Of a DNA stretch of 44,615 nucleotides, positions 22,189 to 33,743 are shown piece by piece. A program made the translations under genes and the position numbers. The stretch is from assembly GCA_026025795.1 (NCBI GenBank), contig JAPEUG010000108.1, positions 1 through 44,615 on the forward strand, in the 5' to 3' direction. The notes beneath the pieces were generated by a model. It saw only the letters and a list, made by a program, of their open reading frames with translations, did no database searches and was not told the origin of the DNA. The stretch's first letter is position 1; every line of letters starts with the position of its first letter. This DNA comes from Thelocarpon superellum (lineage: Eukaryota).

Positions 22189-23585
22189 CTAACGCTGTCT
22201 CAAAATCTCGGTCAAAAACTCCTCGAAACTCAAGGTGATATAACCGTCTCGATCGTCGTCGTATTTCTTAAACACGTCCGTCATTCGTTTCAGACTGATG
22301 CAGCTCTGTACGAACAGATCAAATGATATGGCGTTGTCGCCTTTTCGCGATGAACCAGGTGTACAGCGTCAGCATTGTTTCTAATTCCGGTGAAATTTTC
22401 GGGCAGATGCAGGGAGAGAGACTCGCCCCTCTTGTCATAGGTTCGGAACAGAAGTTGCACGAATCCTGGTGTAAGACGGTAGCCGAATGCTGCATGTGCC
22501 TCCACGTCAGCCGACATATTGAGACATGTACGAGATGGTGGAGGATATCTTACCGACCAAAGCCTTGGAGTACTCGTCAAAATTGATGTTCCCACTGCGG
22601 TCCTCATCAAACCGATCGAACAGCGTTCGCCATGCGGCAAGGAACCCCCAGAGGCCACTGTCAACCCCACACATCAATGCTTAGCTCATCGCGACGAAGA
22701 ATGTTCGTCCTCACCAGAACTCTTCAAATCCTATCGTTCCTGACTTCTCCGTGTCAAACATCCTACAGACCATCGGTCAGTTTCATTGTACGCCCTCGGT
22801 CGCGTTTGCCCCTCACCTGATCATCATCTTCACGGTGAGCGAATCAAAGGCCGTCCAGTCCCCATTGACCAGAGCAGATCCCAGCTCTCTCTCACTCAAT
22901 CTGCCACTGCCTAGATGCAAGATCAACGAAACATTCAACTCCTTGGCAGCCATCCGTACCATCTTTGTCTACGGCTCTGAATAGTGGCAGCAAGGCCGGA
23001 TCAGCCCCACCATGCCCGCCGTGACTACCCAGTGGAGCTGGGGTAGCAGGTGGCCGATAGCTGTTCGGAGGTCGACCATGGTATGTTTGCGGTGGAGGTC
23101 CAAAGCCGTAATTTGCTGGTGGGGGCGACTGCCCATGGTGCGGTGGACCTCCACCTCGTCCCGCTGGCGGTCCATAGCCCTGAGGTGCGAGACCTTGGGG
23201 AGGTAGCGGTGGTCCATGATTGCCCGGTCCAGCTCCATAGCCGCCTCCGTACGCACCGGTTGGTGGGGGATACTGATGTGGTGGAGAGTGGTGTGGTTTT
23301 GGTGGTTGTGGGGGTGGAGGCTGTGGTTTGTTGTAAGAAGTTTGTCCCTGATTAGGGTAGGACTGAGAGCCGGCATGTGGACGACCGGTCGGGTTGGACA
23401 GCATGGCAGCGGCCTGGGCACAATGTTAAACTTCACGAGAGGAGCTACAGAGGGTAGTCGATGAGCACCTGGTCAGGTTCGGCATGTCTGGAGAGCATCG
23501 AAGTCAGCCTTCATCTTACGGCATGAGATTGAAAAAGGGGGACGAACGCAGGCAGAGCATCCGGATTGTAGTGATTGTATGCCAT
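22189..23585 (-). CDS. PEF1: Penta-EF-hand protein peflin/Pef1, multi-exon
   Basis: MAYNHYNPDALPA|HAEPDQ|AAAMLS, a Gly/Pro/Tyr-rich region, EF loops DKDGSGRLSERE, DTEKSGTIGFEE and DEDRSGNINFDE, and C-terminus DDDRDGYITLSFEEFLTEILRQR*. Confidence 0.92.
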
Positions 23586-24178
23586 CTTGATTACCACGAA
23601 TGCGTGCTGTCCAAAGGATCAGATTCGCGGAGATGGGGAAGGTGACAAGAAGAGATGAAGGAGCCTCGTCCGCCCTGACTTCGAGCAGGAGCCGCAGCCT
23701 CGCTCGTCACGGCTCGCCGTGGGTAGGTGTATAGATATGCACGGAGGATAGCTCTCAAGCAAATGAACGGAGGTTTTCGTGGGTCCGGTCTAGTGATTTC
23801 CAGGAGAGTGGCAAGAGAGGCCGGACAGTGAACGGTTAGGTAGCCAGAGCCCTCGCCTGGTAGAGGTCGTGGGCCGATGGCGAGCACTGAATTTCAACAC
23901 GTTCACAGCAAGTCATGACGGCTACCAGATGACAATAAGAATCACTGGAGACGTCGAGGGCTGCAGCATGGAGTCCTGCATGAGTGTCGTTTGAGGTGGA
24001 CGCTATTGTGGACGTGGTCGGGCATGGACAGCGACGCCCATCATGTGATATCATCCTGCGCTGTCGTTTGCGGAAGTTCTCCCAACGACATCAGCAGATC
24101 ATTATCACCGGAACTAGAGCTGCAATGATGGAGAGGGCTCAGTGACCACCCCATTACCCGCGGTCGAAACCTACGGAC

Positions 24179-25193
24179 ATGACGACGACAGATGATCCAC
24201 TTTGGCTCTTTGGCTATGGGTAAGTCGTACCGTTCGCCTGCGACCTGACGCGCAATGACCGATGACGTGGGATGTGGGCGGAACCCATGCTGAAGATGGG
24301 ACTCTCTGAAAGCTCCCTGATCTGGAAACCTCCCCCTCACTTTGGTACGAGCCTGGAGTGTTTCCCTCGTGCCCCATAGTTGGTGGGCACAGAAGTCTCA
24401 TAGTAGCCCGAAGATAGAAGAGTGCCGGGCTACATCACCGGATATCTACGACGGTTCTGGCAGGTTGGGGGTTCCCTTCCGGCCGCGCTAGAAATGCGAT
24501 GCTGAAGGTGCCCTCTCGCAGGCTAGGTTGGTCGTAGACGGAAGGGGACATGTATAGTGTCTGATGAAGCCCAGTGAAGACCATCGAGGCACCCCAGAAG
24601 CGCCCGGACGAGTGGTGACGCTGATTGAACGGGCATTCTGGGAGACACTGGGGGATCAGGTTAGACGGAGCGCGTCGCCCACGTATAAGACGGACGCTGA
24701 CGGCCAGGAGCATGTGTCCACGTCGCCCGAGGTATGGGGCGTAGCGTACCGCATCCAAGCCGACAAGGTGGACGACGTGCGCGCCTACCTGGATCTGCGC
24801 GAAATCAACGGATACAGCATCCACCACGCATCCTTCCAACCAGCAGATCCTCATGAAGCACCCATCCGCACCTTGGTTTATATTGGCACTCCGGAGAACC
24901 CGCAGTTCGTCGGGCCGCAAGACCCGCAGCGGTTGGCCGAGCATATCTTTCGGAGTCGCGGGCCAAGCGGCGAGAACAAGGAATATCTCTTCATGATGGC
25001 CCACAGCCTGGATGAGCTGTGCCCGGCGAATGGGGACGAGCATGTGCGCGATCTGGCGCAGCGGGTCCGGCGCTTGGAGGTCCGCGGTCACGGTGGGCCC
25101 ATCCCGGACGGGCCGGAGGACGTGGGGGCGGGCGAGCCTACGGGGCGGCACGGGGCTCAAGAAGAGGTGGAGAAAGATCCGGGGCAAAGCTAG
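24179..25193 (+). CDS. GCG1: ChaC-like glutathione-specific gamma-glutamylcyclotransferase, 6 exons
   Basis: LWLFGYG|SLIWKPPPHF|DRRVPGYITGYLRRFWQ|AS|EDHRGTPEAPGRVVTL...VWGVAYRI...YLDLREINGY...GPSGENKEYL. Confidence 0.92.
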
Positions 25194-25552
25194 CTACATT
25201 ACGCACGGTACCCAGATGACGTCTCGTTCTCCCTGGTGCAAGCAGTATCAGATTCCACTGAGGTGACACGACTGGTATGGCGGCCGAGCAAGCAAGACAA
25301 TCAGGAAATCCATCCGAACAAGCCCATCCGAAAGCAAGCAGAGACCATGGCCACGTCCAGGTATCGCGGTGTAGATCAGAAAGGTCAGCAGTCGTGGCAC
25401 CGCGGGGTCATGAGGACCACGCAACGCCCGAGGTCCACGGGCAACACCATGAAAGATCTCACGCCGCAATCATCTAATGACAACCCCTGCGTATGCCTCC
25501 GTCCAGGCGAGCGCGCACAAATCCGGGGATCGCTGCGTCGGGTCGGAGGGGC

Positions 25553-26349
25553 CTACCAGCCACCGCCACCGCCGCCTTGTTGACCGTAGCCTTGGGACTG
25601 ACCACCGCCGTTGTAGTGCTGGCCGCCGCCGCCTCCGCTGCCGTAGCCACCACCACCGTAGCCACCTCCACCACCACCGTAACCGCCACCGCCATAGCCT
25701 GTCGTGCAGGTCGGGTCAGCTACCCAGACGACATGGGGGAGACCGGGAGACCCGGCCACTTACCGCGCGAACCTTGGTCATATCCGCCTTGTCCTAAACG
25801 ACACGGTTAGCAGGGAGCGCCTCGGCCGTCGACCACCCCACCCGAGACTTACCGCCACCATAGCCACCCGGACGCTGATAACCTCCACGGCCGCCGGGAC
25901 CACCACCGCCGCCGCCGGCCCCGCGCTCGGAGGCCTTGTCAACACGAATGGTGCGTCCATCGAACCTGGTCTCCCGTCAGTCATGAGGGGCATGGGAAAG
26001 CGGGATAACGGTCGCCATACTCAACGTTGTTCATCGCTTGGATGGCGGCATCGGCATCGGATTCTTGGCTGAAACGCACGAAGCCGAAGCCACGACTACG
26101 GCCCGTGTCACGATCCTTGACGACGACCTACACCACCGCGCGTCCACGATCAGACTCCCCGGGCCGAAAGATCACGCGGGCGGGACCTACTGCTTCTTCC
26201 ACGGCGCCATATTCTTCAAACTTGGTGCGCAGCGTGGTCTCGTCGGTGTGCCATGCGAGGCCCCTGGAGCAGGGCGGGTCAGTATCGCAGCAAGTGAAGG
26301 GTGCGTCCGGACGCGATGGGGCGACGTACCCGATGAATAGCTTCGACAT
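25553..26349 (-). CDS. Glycine-rich RNA-binding protein (single RRM with G/Y/RGG tail), multi-exon
   Basis: [50 protein letters not shown]...|[11 protein letters not shown], containing RNP2 and RNP1, followed by GGYGGGG repeats. Confidence 0.92.
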
Positions 26350-29044
26350 GCTCGGTGGAGGAGTCGTGTGTGGGTACGAAGGACGTTGTCTGGCAAACGT
26401 CTCAATCCCAATGATCCACAGGACGGCGCAGATCGTCGCAGGCGATGAAGTGAGATAGAACGGGCACACGAGGAACAGGAGGAGTACAGTGAAGGCAATA
26501 CATGACGGACGGCGCGCGAGAAGAAGAGCGGGAGGCAGCGAGCGAGAGAACAGGAGCACCGACGAATTTCTTGGGCCACGAGGTGTGTGGTGGGTGGCGT
26601 TGTGTGGATGCTGGATGGGTCAGGTTGGTGGAGAAACAGGTGGGGTAGACGGGCGCCGAAGGGTCGAAAGACCGATGGACGGACGAAGTGGCGTCGCGCA
26701 CGGTGACCCAAGCTGAACCAGATGGCAGAAGAGAGAGGGGCACTCAGAGACTGAGGGAGGAGCAGGATCAAGGGAAGAAGGGAGATGGACGAGGGATCGT
26801 CTCGGCGATGCTGATAATGGGGAGGAAGAAGAGGAGGAAGAAGAATTGGGAAAGGTGTCGTTGTGGTAGCGGGCCGCGGGTGCGTCGGCGGAAGACCTGG
26901 TGCTGCTGGTGCAGGTGCTGGTGCTGGTGCTTTGCGCTGCGCGAATGCTCGCTGCCCGCTGCCCGCTGCATCGCTTGAGATGGTGCAGGAAGTGCAGGAA
27001 GTGTAGCAAGCGCAGGCAGTGGTGCTGAGAGCCCCTCACTAACTGGAACTAAGCTCCCCCAGTAGCACGACGAGGGACTGGCACGACTGGCCTCGTCATG
27101 TGTAGCAGGCTGCTAGTCGCACGCTAGCCCGGCCTCCGCTGCGAGCAATCGCCTCCCAGAGTTTTGCCTGGGCCAACAGTCGGCCCACCACAAGTCGCCC
27201 GTACATGGGAGTTGCAGGACGTGATCGGCCTCCCTGCTCGCCTACACGCTTGCTTGGCCCGCCGAGTCAGTCATCTCATACGGCGCAGGCCTGGTGTGGC
27301 TTCTTATCACTCGTCCCTCACCCTCTCCGTCACTGCCACTCCGACTCCGGCGCGCGCCCGACGATCATCTGCTATGATCTCCCACCAGGCGGAGGCCAGG
27401 GTGCACGCAGAAAGGGATGGGGCGCGGCCTTCGTGGATACTCGTACGTGCGCCCCGGTACCGGGCCCGGACCTCCTCGCTGGCGAGCGAGGGTCGCACGC
27501 CATGGCGATCTCACTCCTGCGCACTCTTGGCTCTTGTCGAGAGACCTATCCACCCTCCGTCGCGATGCGCCCACTCTGGTTTGCTTTCGCACGTGAAAGC
27601 GCTCCGCTCCTACGACGAGCCATGGGCGGCCAGCTCCCAGGGCTATCCTTGCACAGCATGGCCGACTTGGCGCCAAATCTCGATCGAGGGCAGCGACGGA
27701 GAGCCAGCTTCGGCACGCTCCGCGAGCGATGGGCCGAACCAGTCTGTGTAATCCGTACCTCCGGAGCAAAAGGTACGGAGTCCCCTCAACGGGTCTTTTG
27801 TGTGCGCGTCGGAATACCTCCCAGGTTGCACGAGGAGGGTACCACGATACAAATAATCTACGCGTGACTTGGTCAAGGAAGTTGCCTTGCGGTGGCTCAT
27901 ATCCGTCCCCGGTACCCGTGTAGGCACGAACTTTCTGCGTATGCAACCCCGCGTCCGGACTTGGCATTCGCCCGGACCGCTGCGTAGTCCACGGAGTACA
28001 AGGACGATAGGTGTAGATCGGTCAGGGTCTAGGGAGCTTCTGCACCGACAGGCGTCACCTGTCACTCAATTGGCCATATGCTGCAGGACCTAGATCGAGA
28101 TCGTGCGGAGTCCTCGCGGAAGGAACAAGGCGTCAGTAGCGTCGCACACGCTCGGCCGGACGAGACCATCTGGTCAGGGGCACTCAAGGCCCGTTTGCCA
28201 GATGCTCGACTCCGACCACTTCTCGGACTGGTCGCATCACCTCATCGAGTCCATCGCCATTGCCAGTCAGGTCAATACCATGTAGGAGCAATCCACGTCA
28301 CTCCTACTGTATTGGTACGTCGACCGTCCAAGGCGTCGACAGATCTCCCTCATTCCTGCCCTGGCAGCGGCTCATTGCCCTTTCGATGCAAGAGAATCCA
28401 CTCTTGGAGTTTGATTGGCACAGAGTGTGGTGGGGATTGCTCACCGGAGAACATTCCTTCCGTTTTGAGCTCAGCCAGATCACTCCTAGGACCTCCGCTC
28501 TGTCCAGTCGGAGTACTTTTCGGGCTTCGACCCTTTCTCATACAGCCTGGCTCCTCGATGGCGAAGACCGCGATGGCCAAATTTGAGGCTTTCGATCAAG
28601 ATCTGGGAGACCGGGTGGGTGGTGGGCTCCAGTGGCATCATCGCGGGCGTGCTCACCCACCATGGGCGAGGGTCGTCGTCATGATTCAACGTGACATGCA
28701 GCGCACATCTCCGCTCCAGCGAGGTAGCGACTCTACTCTATTCTTCTCTCCTTCCCTGATTGAGCCTGCAAGTGAGGATTTTCGACCAGTAGACGGGGAG
28801 GAGCAGCCGACCCTTACTCCTGCTTGACACCTCTCATACTGTTCCCTGAGTCCATGGTTGCTTCCGCCGTTGCATCTATCCGCTTTGTTGTTGCCCGTCT
28901 ACACTGATGGTGACCTGGTTCGGAATGATGTGAGGCCCCGCCGCCTCGGTTGTCCACCGCATGTCGTTTGGTGGCCTACCTTCACCGATGACTCCGTCAC
29001 CGCGTTCTTCGATCTGCTGTGCATGATCTGACGAGAGAGTGGCC

Positions 29045-30628
29045 ATGGCCCCTCCAGGGCGAGCCCCGACGCCCGCCGAACGGGAGTGGCTCATCAAGCG
29101 GTGGGTGGATGATACAACACTAGCCTTGATATTTGACCATACACACAACGCTGAGCACGAGCGCCTCCGCTGCCGCCTGCATGAGATGGAGGCACGTGAG
29201 GCATATGAGTTGAGAGGTGAGACCATGACCGCATGTCGACGACCGGCACTCATTTGCAACAGAGCGTTTGTTGGGCTGGGCTGCGCGGGCTGTGTTGGAC
29301 AATGCTTCACAGGTCGTGGTGGACTCATCTCCCGTGGAGCCAGTCGTCGGCGGACCTAGCAACCCTAATCTCCTGTCGTGGAATATTCCATCTTCGCCGA
29401 CACACGACGACGCCGTCCCTTTGTCGAAAGGCAATGACGCTATCCCATCGTCGAAACATGGCGACGATGTCTGCTTGTCCAAACAGGATGGCGCTGTCCC
29501 GTCGGCGAGACATGGCGACGCTGTCGCTTTGTCGACATACGAAGACGCTGTCCTTTCGTCGAAACACGGCAACACTGTTCCACCGTCGAAACACAAAGAC
29601 GCTGTCTCAGATGGCCCAGATGACCCAGATAGCCAGAAACAGGCAGAGGTGGCGGATGAGCGCCAAAATCAGCGGCGATCTCGAAGCCAGATCCGCCGGG
29701 ACCTGTGCCAGGTCAGGCCAACGCCGCAGGTGGCACACGGAGGTCAGAGCAATGCACCGAAAGCAGGGAGAGGTGCGACACAGTCGCTCCCAATGCCCAA
29801 GATGAATCCTTTCGGACTGGAGGATATGCCCCGACGTGGAAGATCCGTACGTGGCTTCCAGGCATGTGGATTTCTCACCGTCGCTGACTCGATTCGTGAC
29901 TAGCTCGGACCGAGAGAAGGGCTGGGCCAGTCTGGCGATCGAAGCCGACACTCGCCACCTCTGACGAGCCGTGGGCGTAGGTCCACGCTGCTCGTGACTG
30001 CAGTCGAAGGCAGACGTCGGCTGACAGCCACCGACCAGTCGATGACCTCGTTTTCCCTCGGATGCACTTCCTCCGAAAGCACCGAAAGCGACGAGGTTAT
30101 CATCTCCGATCCTCCGTCGATACCACACAACGCTGGGATCATATCCCACCTTCTCTGGCGCGCTCGCGGCCGTCGAGCCTTTTCCTTGCCATAGGCCGAA
30201 GACGGGGTGCGAGACGTTGCCGGCCTTCCCTGAAAACCAGGGGAGCCGAGGGTGACGGCAGTCAGGGATTGGCCATCGGAGGGAGAGGGGTAGTGCGGGC
30301 CTATTGGAAGTTTTCAGTGCCAAGAGCTTCAAGAGACTTTGGGAGACATGTTGGGATGGACGAGCAGCCCTCCTGCCTCCTAGCGCAAGCGGAGCTTCCC
30401 CAGGAGTGTCAGCCATTCGGTGCGAGGTGTGGCTTACCCAGGCCTGAAGAGATGCATCACCGTCTTTGGCACCGTGGTGTCCCTCAGCAAGCCCAATCAC
30501 CACGATCAGTAGAGCCAGATTGTACTATTACCACCGGCTTGACTCCAGTACCTCGGTGGAGGCATGACAAGGAGCAGGCCCGTGTCTTGCGCCATAGTCG
30601 CTTCTCAGACACCGTCGATCGGTCGTAG
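29045..30628 (+). CDS. Hypothetical protein of about 472 aa with a 9-aa tandem repeat, 4 exons
   Basis: Exons 29045-29216, 29263-29846, 29904-29976 and 30039-30628 total 1419 nt. Introns gtgaga..cag (46 nt), gtacgt..gctgac..tag (57 nt) and gtaggt..gctgac..cag (62 nt) join the separate ORFs into one frame. No homology recognised. Confidence 0.6.
29401..29606 (+). repeat. Degenerate 27-bp tandem repeat, about 7.6 copies, encoding a unit near KHGDAVPSS
   Basis: Units start at 29401, 29428, 29455, 29482, 29509, 29536, 29563 and 29590; example aacatggcgacgatgtctgcttgtcca. Confidence 0.92.
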
Positions 30629-31484
30629 AGTCTGGGTTGGGAGGTCGATCAGCAACGTCACCATCTGCCATGCCGGTAGATAGAGATAGAAGTCTTTCGT
30701 CAGGTTTGACGGCTCCTGTATCATGTTGCTAGGCATGGAGATTCAAACGTGAAGAGTAGATCTCACCGTGCAGAAGTGTTGCCATTCCTAGCCGAGACCC
30801 GGCTCGGAGTATGTGAGGTCGCTGCGCCACATTTCAAGCACCGCCCTTCTTCAAGACATGTGCTGCGAGTTGATTCTGCGCACGGAAGATAGATTGCATG
30901 CACCCTGTAAGATGAGCCATTCTTGACAGTAACCATGCGAATGGTAAAGTTGTCTAATGCGCAGGGTGGATGGACCGGCTGGCTGGCGAAGGTGTGCAAC
31001 ACCCACGAGCTAAGGCGCTGGTCATATTGGGGAGCTGCCCTGGGAGGGGAGTTTCGGCCGCCTCCGCGGCAGATCGATTTATCGCCTCAAGCAAGCGTAT
31101 TGGATACGCATCGCGTTTCAAAAATGGCGCCCTCGCTTCACGTACCTTCACCTCTGCTGCATTACGGGCACGTTCAAAGGCAGGAATCAACGTGGGATGC
31201 TTCCATGGCTTGGTGTGGAAAGCATTCGGCCCATGCGAGCATATCGGCGTCCCAGCTCTTCGTTTCTTGGATCCTGCTGCATGAGAAGCACGGTCCAGGG
31301 CGGGCAGTAGAATTGAGTGGCTTCCATCGGTCGGTATGGAGATTGAGACTACAGAATCCTCGCAGGAAGCCATCCTCCAAGTTCTACTTTGAGGCTTTGA
31401 AAAAAAAGATGGGCTGGCCCGAGTCGTACGATCTTTGTCGGAACTTCCAACGTCTCCATCAACCTCCTCAACATCTCCATCGTC

Positions 31485-32528
31485 ATGTTTCGCTACGCGG
31501 TCGGCTTTCTTGCTGTCGCCCTCTTGCACTCATCTTGTCACGCTGCTACTCTCCCGCGGGCGCCACCACCTTCCAGCTGCAATGGCCGTCCGGAATATTG
31601 CAGCCGCAAGTATTCCAACGTTTCACAGATTGGGGCCCATGACAGCCCTTTCAGTGACACTCGGGATAGTATCACGTACAACATCTCTTCACTACGAAAA
31701 TATGCAAATTACACAATCAACCAAGACCGCTCGGTGGAGCAGCAGCTGAATGATGGGATACGCTTCCTTCAACTTCAGGTCCAATCCGATGGCGACGGCA
31801 ATCTACAGATGTGCCACACTTCCTGCGCATTGTTCAACGCTGGCAACCTAGCCTCCTATCTGAGCGTCATCGAGGCGTGGCTTAGCCGCCCTGCGAATGC
31901 TCGAGAGATCCTCACACTCCTGCTCGTTAACTCCAACGACCTTGGTGCAAACCAGTTTGGCAAGAGCTTCACCGATGCCGGGCTCCAGAACTATACCTTC
32001 CAGCCCGCCTCCAATCCCAACGCTCTTGCCTTCCGGGATTGGCCCACTCTGCAGCAGATGATCGACGCGGGCACGCGGCTGGTCGTCTTCATGGGTATGT
32101 ACCCCTCACCTGAGAATGTGCAATGTTGACACGAGACAGATTCCCAGGCCGATGTGACTACGGTGCCGTACATATTGCCCGAATGGGACTACTTTTTCGA
32201 GACGCCCTACGATGTGACCAATGCCTCCTCACTGGACCAGGGCTGTCCCCTTGACCGACCCGCTAACACCCAGCCGGACGGCAAAATGTACATCGTCAAT
32301 CACTTCCTCGATGAAACGGCCGCCTTCCTACTGGGAGCTACCGTGCCTGACATCGACCTTCTACCCCAAACCAATGCCGCCACGGGCTTTGGCAGCATCG
32401 GAAACCAGGTCCAAAGCTGCGAACAAATTTATGAACAGCCGCCTAAGTTTGTTCTGGTGGACTTTTATGATAAAGGGGACGTCTTCGTCGCCGAAAAAAA
32501 GATGAATGGCGTTTCCAGCCCGAATTGA
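31485..32528 (+). CDS. Secreted PLC-like phosphodiesterase (PI-PLC X-domain-like, TIM barrel), 2 exons
   Basis: Signal peptide, then CNGRPEYCSRKYSNVSQIGAHDSPF, NQ...QLNDGIRFLQ, MCHTSC, EILTLLLVN, WPTLQQMIDAGTRLVVFM|D, FETPYDVT, CPLDRP, IVNHFLD and FVLVDFYD. Intron at about 32095-32139. Confidence 0.88.
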
Positions 32529-32605
32529 GATGGGGTCTCAAGGCTACTATATGTATATGCATTAGACAGATCCCGTTAGAACCAAACCCGTCCTCTCTCA
32601 GTCCT

Positions 32606-33743
32606 CTACTCTGGCTCCTGGTCCTTCCACTGAGTTCTTAATAACTCCACGTCAATACCGCAGGCCACGCCCTTCTCGACAAGAAAACGAGCCTTGCCCA
32701 CAACAGGAGCATCAATCATCTTTCCATCAAGGCCCCACGCGCCCCTCCCCATCGCGTCTGCCTTTTCCGCCGCCACTACGACGCGCACCGCCCACCGAAG
32801 CTCTCCCTCGTCCGGCGAGAAAGCACGTTGCACGATCTCGACCTGGGAGGGATGAATGCACTGCTTCCCATTAAAGCCCAGGCCCTTTCCTGCGCGACTC
32901 TCCTCTTCGAGGATCCGCTGCGCCGGGACGCGTCCCTCCTCTCCGCTCCGCACCGTCATCTTGCCTCCATACCAGGTACAGACGAGATCGATGGCGCTAG
33001 GCAGATCATGGGCGCGACAAGCCGTGACAATTGCAGAGCGAGCGTAGAGGAACTCCGTCAAGGACGGCGTACGCGTTAGGGACAGATCGAGCGCGAAGTC
33101 CTCCGCCGCGAAGATCAAGCCATTGAGATACGGCGACGACGCGCAGATCGAGGGGAGGGAAACCAGGCCCTTGGCAGACTCAACCAGGGCGAGGATGTGC
33201 ATCGGCTTAGGCCGATCGTAGGACGAGGTTGACTGCACGTGCTGGATCACGTCCGCAACGTACTGCACATCCGACGCCGCATTGACTTTAGGAATCACGA
33301 TCGAGTCGATCGTGGGATATTTCAGCTAACTCGCCGCTTTTCATCAGCCTTTCTGACCCTACTCGCCCCGGAACGATACGTGGTTGATGGAGAGATGGCG
33401 ACCTACTACCGCCATCAGATCCTCGTACGCAAGACCGCTCTCCACAGAATTAATGCGCACGGCTTGCTCTCTCACCCCCGGCGCTCTGGGCTGCGCCAGC
33501 GCCCGTCCGATATGAGAGCGCGCTTCCGCTTTCATGCCGGGCGTCACGGAGTCTTCGAGGTCGAAGGCGACGCAGTCGACGTCCAGTCCGCGCGCTCTCT
33601 GCAGCATCTTTGGGGACGAGCCGGGGACTGTGCGTAGATGGCCAAGTGAGCTCTTGTGATCCATGGACGGGAGAGGTGGACAACGGAAGGGGGTTGATAC
33701 CGTAGAGGAGCGCCCTGCGCAGCACGGACGAAGCCAATGCCAT
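32606..33743 (-). CDS. Citrate lyase beta-like (CLYBL/HpcH-HpaI family; probable citramalyl-CoA lyase), 3 exons
   Basis: [16 protein letters not shown]...FDLEDSVTP...VRINS...IVIPKV...LVESAKG...LIFAAEDF...IDLVCT...[13 protein letters not shown]...[10 protein letters not shown]. Confidence 0.9.

Noticed and set aside
27164..28827. ORFs of 195-249 aa (27164..27751, 27205..27867, 28078..28827)
   Set aside because: Non-ATG starts, composition typical of non-coding GC-rich DNA, and no convincing splice model or homology.
29401..29606. 27-bp repeat as a CRISPR array or KEX2-type RiPP precursor
   Set aside because: The units are contiguous with no spacers in a eukaryotic locus. There is no signal peptide, no KR/RR cleavage pattern and no DUF3328-type neighbour.
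29862..29903. GC-AG intron (donor GCATGT) in the orphan gene
   Set aside because: A canonical GTACGT donor in the same phase at 29847 explains the junction more simply.
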